Shown: in pieces, positions 1 through 9,011 of the stretch
How the letters are laid out: each line of letters opens with the position of its first letter
Position numbering within the stretch: the stretch's first letter is position 1
Assembly (NCBI GenBank): GCA_016124795.1
Contig: WGNB01000052.1
Coordinates: 4,008-68,007 of the forward strand
Direction: 5' to 3'
Length of the DNA stretch: 64,000 nt
DNA from: Rhodopseudomonas sp.
GTDB lineage: Bacteria > Pseudomonadota > Alphaproteobacteria > Rhizobiales > Xanthobacteraceae
The notes under the pieces: model-generated
What the model was told of the DNA's origin: nothing
The model's database searches: none
What the model saw: only the letters and a program-made list of their open reading frames with translations
Position numbers and translations under genes: made by a program

Positions 1-55
1 CCCGCCGATCAATATTTCAATTTTCGGATTTGGACTGTCGCGATCGCGCGCAGGC

Positions 56-80
56 AAAAAGCGCCCCGTTCAAGGGCGCG
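56..80 (-). terminator. Rho-independent terminator downstream of the autotransporter gene
   Basis: The minus strand reads GCGCCC-ttgaacg-GGGCGC followed by TTTTT (plus 56-60 is AAAAA), about 55 nt after the stop at 134. Confidence 0.6.
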
Positions 81-133
81 TTCGCTAGGTCACGGTCCAA
101 ACGTAGCTCGAACCGGCCGGAATACAGCCGTCA

Positions 134-3100
134 TCACCAGCGATATTGCAGCACGGCCTGCGCCGTAAAGCTGTGAGCGCCAGCGGCGAACTGGCCGTCG
201 AGGCGCGTGCTGAGCACGGCATTGTTGGCAAAGCGCAGATCGGTCCCGGCCGACAGCAGCGCCGAGTCCTTTGGCGCCTCGGCGCCATAGACGGTGAAAT
301 TTGAGCCCGTCAGCGTCTGGAATGCCGCGTTGGCCGCGCGTGTTGTGTCGCTATCGTGCACCCAGGCGGCGCGGGCCTTGAGCGCAAGGGTCGTGCTGCT
401 GCCGGTGTCGATCGCTTTGTCGAACCAGGCGCCGAGTTCGGTGCGCAGGTTATTGGTGGTCCGGCTGCTGAAAGCGAGCGCGAAGGCGTTGCTGCCGGAC
501 GTCGCGCTTTCGCTGTAGGACGGCGTATGGAAGCTTTGCGCCTCGACGGCGGCATAAGGCGTAATGCCAGCGATAGCGGTGGTGAAGCGATAGCCGCTTT
601 CCAGGCGTCCGGCAAAGCTTTGTCCGTTGAAGTCGGCGGTCAGGCGATCGCTGCCGCTCACCGTCACGGTCCGCTCGGTACTGACCCGGTGCAGGCCATA
701 GGACAGGGCGCCGGCCACATAGGCGGCGCCGATGCGGTGTCTGCCATAGGCGCCGAGCTGGAAGATGTCGCTGTCGCTGTTGCCGAGATTATCGCTCAGG
801 CTGGCATGACTGGCGCCGCCCCCGACGGCAAAGCCCAGTGCGGTATCGCTGCTAAACCGATAATCGGCGCCGGCAACGATTCCGTAGTCGCGCGCATTGA
901 CATCATGTGATCCCAATACGCTGCTGTCGCCGCCGGTTTTGCTCGCGCCGCCATAGGTCGCTCCCCAGACGCCCCAGCGCTCTGAGAAGCTGGTCGAAGA
1001 TCGGCGGTCCTTTGGTGTGATCTCGGCGTAGGCGGCGCGCGCCTCGGCCGGAAGCTGCGCTTCTTCGGCATAGCCGCGCGCGGTGCCGGCGACATTGTTG
1101 CCGGGCGTGCCGCCGAACGGGCTCGTCATCAGCGACAGGAACTGGCTGGTGGTTTGAAACGCGGTGGTGGTGCTGCTGGTGGCTGCTTCGCCGGACAACT
1201 GGTCGAGGGCTTGACCGAGGCCTGCACCGGACAGCGCATAAAGCGCCGCGAAATTGCCGCTGGCTGCGCCGCCGCTGATCGCGGTGTTAATAGTGTCGGC
1301 GATGCCACGTTGATTTTGCGTTCCCGGGGCGAGACCGCTGACAAGGCTGGTGGAGTCGACCACCAGATAGACATTGTTGGCGTCGTAATCGAGGTGGGCG
1401 ATCAGCGTGCCGTTGGTGCTGAGGCTGGCGAAGGTCGTGCCGCCCAGGCCGCCGGCGGCGGTCAAAATGGCCTGGCTCTGGCCGATCGTGAAGCTCGAGA
1501 TGGTCGCCGCGACGGTCGCGCCGGTCAGTGTTGCGGTGCCGGTGACCAGAGTCTGGTCGGCGGCCGTTGATGACGCTTCGACGCGGTAGATGCCGCCGGC
1601 GCCGAACACCAGATCGCCGGTGACGCGGAACGTGCCGATCGAGTTGCCCGGCGCCAGCACGCCACCATTGTTGATGGTCGTGGTGCCGACGATGGTGCCG
1701 GTGCCGCCGAGCACGCCGCCATTGATCGTGACCGTGCCGTTGATGGTGCCGTCATCGGTCAGGGTGCCGGCCGTATTCGTGATTGCGATGTTGGTACCGA
1801 TGATCGTTGCGCCTGATCGGAGTGTAATCGTGCCGCTATTGGTCACGGCGGTCGAACCGCTGTTGAAATTGTTGACGCTTGCGGCGACCCAGGTACCGCT
1901 ATTGTCAAAGATATTGGCGCCGTTGGCGAAAGAAATGCGCCCGACTATGGTGCCGAGATTGTTCAGCGTCGTTGATCCGCCATAGTTGCGGATGGCGTTG
2001 CCTTGCTCGGGGACGGCGAGATCCGTAGTCAGCAGACCGGTCGCGTTATTGGTGATCGAGATCGCACCGGTTGTCGAAGTCGCTTCGATCGCGGCGCGGC
2101 CGGAGAATGCGGTGGCGACCCGCGCGTTGTTGACGATCGTAATTGCGCCGTCGAGGCTGTCGGCGATGATGCCAGGCGCGGTTTGCGAACTGACATCGCC
2201 GTTGACGGTGATCGTGTTGGTCCCGCTGCCGCGGACATTACTGTAAATCGCCGTCGAGACCGATTGAGACGCGGGCTGCCCCGCCACCGTGCTGTTGGCC
2301 GTCAGATTGATACTCGACGTCGAACCATTCGCGGTCGATAAGACGATACCATTGATACCGGCAAAGACCGTTCCGGACGTCACGTTGATGTCGCCCGATG
2401 CACCGGTTTTCTGCGCCTGGATGCCATATTGGCTGACCGGGTTTGCCGCGCTTTCGCCGATCTGGCCGCCGGTCATGTTGACCGTGATGTCGCCACTGCC
2501 GCTCGCATCCAGTGAGACGCCGGTGCTGCCACTGGAATAAATGGTGCCGCCGGTGATGTTGAGGGTGTTCGCGCCGTCGACCGTGTTGATTATCAGGCTA
2601 CTGGCACCGGTGGAAACGTCATTGGCGATCGTTATCAACGACGTCCCGGTGCCGCTCTGGGCGCTGTAAATGCCCGAGCCTGCCGAAATCTTGCCTGCCG
2701 GTGCAATCGTGACGCCGGACGAGCCGGTTACATAGATGCCGGTGCCGGTCGTCATGGTGATGTCGCCGACGCCGGTGATGGACACCCCGCCGGTGCCGGT
2801 ATCGATGACCTGTATGCCATAGCCTGACGCAGTCGTGATTGTGCCGGTCCTGTCGATGGTCACCGTTCCGGCATTGGCACGATGCATCACATAAATGCCA
2901 GCGGAAGAACCGGTGACATTGCCGCTGCCGCTGATCGTGATGTCGCCGTCGACTGCGGCGCTCTCGTTGACCTGTGCGACGGTTATGCCAGCCGTCCCGC
3001 CCGTGATTGAGCCGATGCCGTCGATCAGAATGCGACCGGTGCCGGGGGTGGTGACGCTGACGCCGGTGTAGCGGGTATTATCGATATTGCCGTTGATGTG

Positions 3101-3619
3101 GGCGGTCAGATCGCCGGGCGTGCTTGCGCTACCTTGTGCCTCCAGCAGCAGGCCATAGTCATTGCTGGCCGTGACGGTCGCGCCATTGGCGCTGTTGTAG
3201 GTAATGTCGCCGATGCCTTGAAGGCCGAGACCGGCGCTCGAGCCCTTGCTGCCGGCTGAGTTTTCATTGAGCGTACCGGAGTTCGTAAATGTCAGACTGG
3301 CGCCGTCCTCGCTGGTCTTTATGGATAGGCCAGCGCCATCGATAGTGACGCCGCTGCCGATGAGACCGGTCACATTGCCGCCGGTGGTGAAGAGTTGAAA
3401 ACGGTCGGGCGACGACGCCGAGCCGCCGTCGGTGTTCGTCGTGTCGGTCGTGGTCGTATTGGTGGAACAGATCACGGTGTTCGGAGAACCGGTGATGTCG
3501 CAATTGGCCAGAGCCGGATTGGCCAGGGACAAGGCGGCTATCGCCGTCGAGGCCAGCAACGCGGCGTCCCGCGGTCCACACAAACGCGCATTCCCAAGCA
3601 AAGTCACGATGGCCCCCAA
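134..3619 (-). CDS. Autotransporter (type Va) outer-membrane protein with adhesin-like passenger
   Basis: 1161-aa ORF with a signal-like N-terminus (LLASTAIAALSLANPALA). The Gly/Thr/Ser-rich passenger is repetitive. It carries an autotransporter-associated beta-strand repeat (GGVLAPGNSIGTFRVTGDLVFGAGGIYRVE). The C-terminal barrel-like region of about 280 aa ends in LQYRW. Confidence 0.85.
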   Translation of the reverse strand: MGAIVTLLGNARLCGPRDAALLASTAIAALSLANPALANCDITGSPNTVICSTNTTTTDTTNTDGGSASSPDRFQLFTTGGNVTGLIGSGVTIDGAGLSIKTSEDGASLTFTNSGTLNENSAGSKGSSAGLGLQGIGDITYNSANGATVTASNDYGLLLEAQGSASTPGDLTAHINGNIDNTRYTGVSVTTPGTGRILIDGIGSITGGTAGITVAQVNESAAVDGDITISGSGNVTGSSAGIYVMHRANAGTVTIDRTGTITTASGYGIQVIDTGTGGVSITGVGDITMTTGTGIYVTGSSGVTIAPAGKISAGSGIYSAQSGTGTSLITIANDVSTGASSLIINTVDGANTLNITGGTIYSSGSTGVSLDASGSGDITVNMTGGQIGESAANPVSQYGIQAQKTGASGDINVTSGTVFAGINGIVLSTANGSTSSINLTANSTVAGQPASQSVSTAIYSNVRGSGTNTITVNGDVSSQTAPGIIADSLDGAITIVNNARVATAFSGRAAIEATSTTGAISITNNATGLLTTDLAVPEQGNAIRNYGGSTTLNNLGTIVGRISFANGANIFDNSGTWVAASVNNFNSGSTAVTNSGTITLRSGATIIGTNIAITNTAGTLTDDGTINGTVTINGGVLGGTGTIVGTTTINNGGVLAPGNSIGTFRVTGDLVFGAGGIYRVEASSTAADQTLVTGTATLTGATVAATISSFTIGQSQAILTAAGGLGGTTFASLSTNGTLIAHLDYDANNVYLVVDSTSLVSGLAPGTQNQRGIADTINTAISGGAASGNFAALYALSGAGLGQALDQLSGEAATSSTTTAFQTTSQFLSLMTSPFGGTPGNNVAGTARGYAEEAQLPAEARAAYAEITPKDRRSSTSFSERWGVWGATYGGASKTGGDSSVLGSHDVNARDYGIVAGADYRFSSDTALGFAVGGGASHASLSDNLGNSDSDIFQLGAYGRHRIGAAYVAGALSYGLHRVSTERTVTVSGSDRLTADFNGQSFAGRLESGYRFTTAIAGITPYAAVEAQSFHTPSYSESATSGSNAFALAFSSRTTNNLRTELGAWFDKAIDTGSSTTLALKARAAWVHDSDTTRAANAAFQTLTGSNFTVYGAEAPKDSALLSAGTDLRFANNAVLSTRLDGQFAAGAHSFTAQAVLQYRW

Positions 3620-3871
3620 ACCGGCGCTGGGCCTCGGCGCGTGCTTTAGGCGCGTTAAGACCTCTTTAACCTGGGCCTATCAGTCGAGGATCGAATGCCG
3701 CGCGGCCACGGGAATCCGTTGAAATGGGCGTAATTGGCGATGAAATGGGACAGGGTCTGTGGACTAGTCCGGGCTTTCGGCCCCCGTCGGTAGCGGCCGT
3801 CCGGTTCCAAATGGGGGTGACGCGCCGCCGATTTCGGCCTACGTGGCGCTGCGGCAAAGGCTTGGTTTGCG

Positions 3872-4795
3872 CTAGAATTCCGCGGCAGCGTCGATCGCCG
3901 CGGGACGAATGGCGGGGCGATCCGTTGGCCCGCCAGGCCGTGCGGTGCGCTTGACGCTGGCGCTGTCGATGATGAAAAGCGGTTCGAATCCGGCGAGCGC
4001 GACGTCCTGCCGGATCGCGAGCGTGCGGTTGTCGAGAATCTGCCAGTGTCCGTCGTAACGGACCGCGACAACCGCATGGTCTTCGTCGAAGGCATGATCG
4101 CGGGCGATGACCAGGCGCAGATCGGCCTCAGCGATGCCGAGCTCCTGCAACGCGACATATTTGGCGATGGCATAGTCTTCGCAGTCGCCCGCATGGCTCG
4201 CGAACAGCATCAGCGGCGTCGCCCAAAGATCGGTAACGCCATATTGCGCCATATCGCTCATCGGCCTGATGTTCAGGTTGATCGAACGGTTGAGGTCGGC
4301 GATGCCGAGCCAGCCTGTATGAGCCCGCGCTTTGTCGATGATCGCCAGAAAGCTTTTCGCCGGGGCGGGACATTGTGGGGCATCGTCGCGGCACTGCGCC
4401 AGTATTCCGCGCTCGACCGCTAGCCTGGATTTGACCTTGCGCCATTTGACGACGATGCCGCCGCGCTCGATTGCGACTGCATTCGCTCCGAATGGCTCAT
4501 CCGCATTAAGCTGGCTCGGTGCGACGATCTGGAAAGGATCGAGCGCGGCGAGGTCGATGCCATTATGAAGACCGAAGCTTCGACCGAATGGCAGAACTTC
4601 AGTCAATACGCGGAAGTCGTTTGTAACCAGCGAGGCGTTCGTGGGCATTGTCGGCAGCGTCCGCAAGCCATAGGTCGCGAAAGCGATAGCGGGGTAGACT
4701 TCGGCGCGCGCGCCGCCGATGCAGCCCGAAAGGATCGCGCCCGACAATAGCGTGGATACCATTACTCCGCGCAATGCGACGCGCAGCCTGTCCAT
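3872..4795 (-). CDS. Bacterial transglutaminase-like cysteine proteinase (BTLCP, LapG-type, peptidase C93), predicted lipoprotein
   Basis: Cys-His-Asp pattern HAGDCEDYAIAKY ... DHAVVAVRYDGHWQILDN is typical of BTLCP. The N-terminus has a signal plus lipobox LLSGAILSGC. The protein carries about 100 aa more N-terminal sequence than I recall for LapG. Confidence 0.8.
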   Translation of the reverse strand: MDRLRVALRGVMVSTLLSGAILSGCIGGARAEVYPAIAFATYGLRTLPTMPTNASLVTNDFRVLTEVLPFGRSFGLHNGIDLAALDPFQIVAPSQLNADEPFGANAVAIERGGIVVKWRKVKSRLAVERGILAQCRDDAPQCPAPAKSFLAIIDKARAHTGWLGIADLNRSINLNIRPMSDMAQYGVTDLWATPLMLFASHAGDCEDYAIAKYVALQELGIAEADLRLVIARDHAFDEDHAVVAVRYDGHWQILDNRTLAIRQDVALAGFEPLFIIDSASVKRTARPGGPTDRPAIRPAAIDAAAEF

Positions 4796-5032
4796 GTAAC
4801 GCCCCTGAAGCCGGAGGCAGGGCGGATTTGTACTCCGCTCTCATCCGGCACTACGGGATCATGGATAGGTCGGCGGTCGCTTAGCGCGGCTTAAACGGCA
4901 GCCCGCGCGCACTCTATAGTCGGCGGGGCGGTCAATGTCGCGCCAACGATTTGGCTCGGATTGCAGGGAGCACTGTAACTGTCGGTTAAGATAAACAGCC
5001 CGTTACGGTCCGACGCGGGTCAATGTCGCGGG

Positions 5033-6868
5033 CTAATATTGCAGCAGGATGCCGGTATAGATGCGATCGCCATCCTGCGTGCTGTCGGTCGCATAGCGAT
5101 GGCTCCACTCGACGAAGCCATATCCGTTGCTGAGAAGATCGCTGGCCGATTGCAGACCGAAGCGTACGCCGGCGCCGTAATTGCTAGCGTGGATGCTGGC
5201 GAGTTCGAGCGCGGTCGGCGCGATGTATTTCCGTTCGCCGGTCGCCTGAAACAGATAAGGCGTGATGACCAGGCCGCCGCGGTCGAGCGGGAAGGTGCTG
5301 GCGTGAGCGATCTCGCCGCGCAGCGCCCAGGCCGTGTCGCCCGGCAGCGCGCCGGCGGTGAAGCCGGACAACATTTTCGATCCGTCAATGCCGAATTGCT
5401 CGGACGTCAACATCGCGTGATTGAACGAGGTTTGTCCGCCAGCCGCCAGCGACAGTGAGAAATCATGCGGTAGCGCCTGGCTGACTTCGAGGTGGCCTTC
5501 CCATTTCTGGAAATTCGCATCCGCGCCCTGGCGCGAAAGCGGAAGCGCCGTCGAGGCGTCGTTCACCGTGCGCGCGCCGAAGGCGTCGAGGCCGTGCGAA
5601 TAGGTGGTGTCAAACTGGAACGCCGTACCGGTCTGGCGTAGCCGCCAGATGCCGTTGAGCCCTGTGCGCAGGACGCGGGTTCGGTCGAGACTGAGCGGCA
5701 CCTGCGGCGTAAACAGAAGGGTATCGACTTCTTCGTCGGTGGCGTCGAAGCGCGCGAATGCCGACAATTCGTAGTCGCGCAGTTTGATCGCTTCGTAGCT
5801 CAGCTTTGCCCAGCCTTGGGTCAGCAAGCCTTGCGACGCGGCATTGGCATTGACACGCGGCGTGGTCAGGCCGCGCGTGGCGCCGACGTCGAAGCGCCAG
5901 CCGTCGATGCCGAGTGGGATGGCAGCGAAGCCGCTGAGATAACGGCGCGTCGGAAAGGCTGTGGTGAAGTCCTTGTCGGGTAGGCCGGATGCCGACACGT
6001 TGAACTGTTCGCCAAGCCCGAGCAGGCTGTTGAAGCTTGCCGAGGTGACGACCTGTCCGGTTCCGAACACCTTCGGCATGGCGTTGTCGCTATAGATGCT
6101 GAGCGACACCGGACGATACTTGCCGCTCAACACCAGCACCGATCCGCCGACTTTTTTTCCGGCGGCAAATGTTGCGTTGAGCGTCAGCCCGGCGGCTTCG
6201 CCGGCAATCAGAAGCCGCCGTTCGAGCGCGCTCTGCTTCAGATGATGTTGATCGACCAGTGGAGCCAGCACGGTACGCACGCGTGCCTTGACCTTATCGG
6301 CAATGGTTTCGAGATCCAGCCGTTCGACGAAGCCATCGAGCACTGCAAGCTTGATCCGGGCGCTGCCCTCGAATTCCTGCGGCAGGATGACGACGCGCAC
6401 CAGGGGATACCCGGCCCGGACATAGACCTGTTGTAGCTTGTCGGCGAATTCGAAAATCTGGGCGACGGTGACCTGCTTGCCAACCAAAGGCTCGGCGATG
6501 GCTTCACGCTCCGGCGCCAGTTCACCGAACTCGTCGCGGACGTCGATGCCAAGAAGTTTGAAGCGGAGCTTCTTCGCTTCGGCCGGGATCGTGGCGCCCG
6601 CTGGAACCTGCGGTATCGAGATGCGGCCCGGGGCGACCGGCTGCGCGATCGCGGGGGGCGCCGCCTGACTTGGCGCTGGTGCGGTCTGAGCCAGGGCGGG
6701 GGCGGACGCGGTCACCCACGATCCTGCCAACAGCGCCAAGGCTGCAATGGCATCGAGCCGCCGTTTTGTCGTCGTGCCGCGTAACACAGACTCGTCCGTC
6801 AAGCTTCCGCAACGCGCGGCGAGGTGGTTGGAACCGGCGGTCTTGCCACCCACGACAAAAGCGAACAT
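5033..6868 (-). CDS. ShlB/FhaC/HecB-family two-partner-secretion transporter (TpsB, Omp85 superfamily)
   Basis: 611-aa ORF with signal-like ALALLAGSWVTASAPALAQ. A POTRA-like segment reads KLRFKLLGIDVRD...VAQIFEFADKLQQVYVRAGYPLVRVVILPQEF. The beta-rich C-terminal domain ends in LLQY. The true start may be the in-frame GTG at 6787. Confidence 0.8.
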   Translation of the reverse strand: MFAFVVGGKTAGSNHLAARCGSLTDESVLRGTTTKRRLDAIAALALLAGSWVTASAPALAQTAPAPSQAAPPAIAQPVAPGRISIPQVPAGATIPAEAKKLRFKLLGIDVRDEFGELAPEREAIAEPLVGKQVTVAQIFEFADKLQQVYVRAGYPLVRVVILPQEFEGSARIKLAVLDGFVERLDLETIADKVKARVRTVLAPLVDQHHLKQSALERRLLIAGEAAGLTLNATFAAGKKVGGSVLVLSGKYRPVSLSIYSDNAMPKVFGTGQVVTSASFNSLLGLGEQFNVSASGLPDKDFTTAFPTRRYLSGFAAIPLGIDGWRFDVGATRGLTTPRVNANAASQGLLTQGWAKLSYEAIKLRDYELSAFARFDATDEEVDTLLFTPQVPLSLDRTRVLRTGLNGIWRLRQTGTAFQFDTTYSHGLDAFGARTVNDASTALPLSRQGADANFQKWEGHLEVSQALPHDFSLSLAAGGQTSFNHAMLTSEQFGIDGSKMLSGFTAGALPGDTAWALRGEIAHASTFPLDRGGLVITPYLFQATGERKYIAPTALELASIHASNYGAGVRFGLQSASDLLSNGYGFVEWSHRYATDSTQDGDRIYTGILLQY

Positions 6869-6972
6869 CTGACGTTACCGGTCGAGAAGTGATATAGTGT
6901 CGGGCCCGCGCCGACAACTGTTGGAGTCGGGCAGGTGGCATCCTTTCCCAAAGGCGCACCCAAAGAACGCCC

Positions 6973-7947
6973 ATGAAGAATCTTGCGACCTTTTCGACCG
7001 ATACCTTGCCTGCTCAAGACCGGTTTGCGCATTGGCGGGAAGTGCGGGCCGAAAAAATCTATGGTGTCACCATCGAGTTGGCGGCCGAGAAGCGGCGGCA
7101 GTTTCAAGGGCGTTTTTCAAGCCTTTCGATCGGCAATTCTGCTCTGGTCGAGATGCACGCGTCTTCCTACTCCGTGCATCGTTCGCCGCGGGCTATCGCC
7201 AATGCGCCCAGCGACAGCCTCTGCATTTATCAACAGATCAATGCCGCCGCGTGGTTCGATGCCGGTAAGGGACGCGATTTCATCGTATCGGCCGGCAACC
7301 TCGCGGTCAGTCACTCCGATCTGCCTTATCAATCGATTCCGACAACGGAGGCCGGCTTTCATCTTCGGCTCGTGAAAATCCCGTTTTCGTATTGTCAGCC
7401 GTTGATCGAAAAGGCCGCCGACCTCACGCCGCGACCGGTAGCGAAGGTCCCTGGTCTGAGTTCCATGCTCTGCGCGTATTATGATGCGTTCGTCGCGCAG
7501 GTGCCGACCTTCGATGACGATGCCGCCGAAGCCGCGGTGACGACTTTGGCCCAGCTTGCTTTGCTCACGCGCGGGCTTGCCGACCCTGGCGCCGAACCGA
7601 GCCGGGCCGCGATTCATGCGGCCCAGTTGCAGGTCGCGTTCCGGATGATCGATGCCAATATGCACCGGGCCAATCTGTCGGCTTCCGCGATGGCCGCGAT
7701 GCTTGGCATTTCGGTGCGACAGTTGCATCTGCTATTCGAGCCGACCGGAACCAGCTACGCGCGCTATGTGCAAGGCCGGCGGCTTGAACGAGCGCGTACG
7801 ATGCTGACGCAGCATGGCGGACAGTCGGTGCTGAATATCGCGCTGGCCTGTGGGTTCGATAGCCTGTCGACATTCTATCGTGTGTTCCGCGCCGCCCATG
7901 GTGTGCCGCCCGGCGACTATCGTCATGCGATGCGGGCCGACGCCTGA
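6973..7947 (+). CDS. AraC-family transcriptional regulator
   Basis: C-terminal double HTH: LSASAMAAMLGISVRQLHLLFE ... LNIALACGFDSLSTFYRVFRAAHGVPPGDYR. Divergent from tpsB. Confidence 0.85.
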   Translation: MKNLATFSTDTLPAQDRFAHWREVRAEKIYGVTIELAAEKRRQFQGRFSSLSIGNSALVEMHASSYSVHRSPRAIANAPSDSLCIYQQINAAAWFDAGKGRDFIVSAGNLAVSHSDLPYQSIPTTEAGFHLRLVKIPFSYCQPLIEKAADLTPRPVAKVPGLSSMLCAYYDAFVAQVPTFDDDAAEAAVTTLAQLALLTRGLADPGAEPSRAAIHAAQLQVAFRMIDANMHRANLSASAMAAMLGISVRQLHLLFEPTGTSYARYVQGRRLERARTMLTQHGGQSVLNIALACGFDSLSTFYRVFRAAHGVPPGDYRHAMRADA

Positions 7948-8221
7948 CCGAGCCGATCGGTCGTTGCGCAAAATGAGAATGGCGTTGCGCAATTTGCGAA
8001 GACGTCCATCCGGCAAACTGCAAAAAATCAGTTAAAGCCAAATCCGATTCCGGCTATTTCGCTTCGTCCTTAATTTCGGATGGTAAGCGAATTCTATCGG
8101 CCGGATCGAGGTTTAGCGAAGCCATGCGATGGCTTCGAGCCAATGCATGACGGTCAGGGGGCTTTGACCGCGTTGTGCGCTCGAATAGATAAAATGCGAT
8201 CGAGTGAGTTAGGAAATCGTA

Positions 8222-8962
8222 ATGCGTCGTGCGCCCCTGAAACTGGTTCTTGAACGTCGCAATTTCTGTCGTGTCGATGGTGATGTGCTTCGCGCCGTGC
8301 GCCAAGCGCGTCGTCGGGTCATCGCGGTTGGACTGTCGATCTTGTCGCTGGCCTTCGCCGTGCCGGTGATCGGCGCGTCGGCACAGAGCCCGCAAAAATA
8401 TGAAGTGGCGGGTTTTCGTGAAGCGCGGTTTGGCATGACCGAGCGCGACGTTCGCGCGGTGCTGGCCAAGGACTTCGGCAAGGTCACGATCAGCCGCACC
8501 GTCAATCCGATCGAAGGCACGACGGTGCTCACCGCGCAACTCGCATCGCTCGATCCGGCGCCCGGACCAGCCCAGGTCGCCTATATCCTCGGATACAGTT
8601 CGAAGAAGCTGATTCAGGTCAACGTTATTTGGACCGGCGAGGGCGACAAGGAAAAGCTGGAGCCGGATGCGATGGTCGCCGCCGGTACGCGGCTCGAGCG
8701 CTATTTCGCCGGTTATGCGTGGAACAAGGACACCACGCGATCCGGCGTCCCGGTCGGCCCCAACACGGTGGTGCTGTTTTCGGGCGAAGACGACAAGAAG
8801 GGCGCCGTTCGGCTGATCGTCGATGGCGTCAAATACCAGATGCAGCGCCAGGGCAAGGAAATGACCTCGCCCAATCCGACCGGTCCGGCCAAGCTCATCA
8901 TCAATTACATCGCCGACCGCGATAATCCGGACATCGCCAAGATCGAGAAAGGCAAGTTCTGA
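8222..8962 (+). CDS. Hypothetical secreted protein
   Basis: 246-aa ORF with AGGAAA 5 nt upstream of the ATG and signal-like VIAVGLSILSLAFAVPVIGASAQ. High GC3. Ends 50 nt before tpsA on the same strand. No recognisable motif. Confidence 0.5.
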   Translation: MRRAPLKLVLERRNFCRVDGDVLRAVRQARRRVIAVGLSILSLAFAVPVIGASAQSPQKYEVAGFREARFGMTERDVRAVLAKDFGKVTISRTVNPIEGTTVLTAQLASLDPAPGPAQVAYILGYSSKKLIQVNVIWTGEGDKEKLEPDAMVAAGTRLERYFAGYAWNKDTTRSGVPVGPNTVVLFSGEDDKKGAVRLIVDGVKYQMQRQGKEMTSPNPTGPAKLIINYIADRDNPDIAKIEKGKF

Positions 8963-9011
8963 CGTTCGTGCCGGGGGTGACCCTGTACGGCGGCAGTCAA
9001 TAGGTGACGAC

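Noticed and set aside
6152-6158. An A7/T7 homopolymer inside tpsB (GKKV codons), considered as a slipped-strand phase-variation switch.
   Set aside because: Seven nucleotides is below the tract lengths usually associated with phase variation. The tract simply encodes Lys-Lys. There is no supporting evidence.
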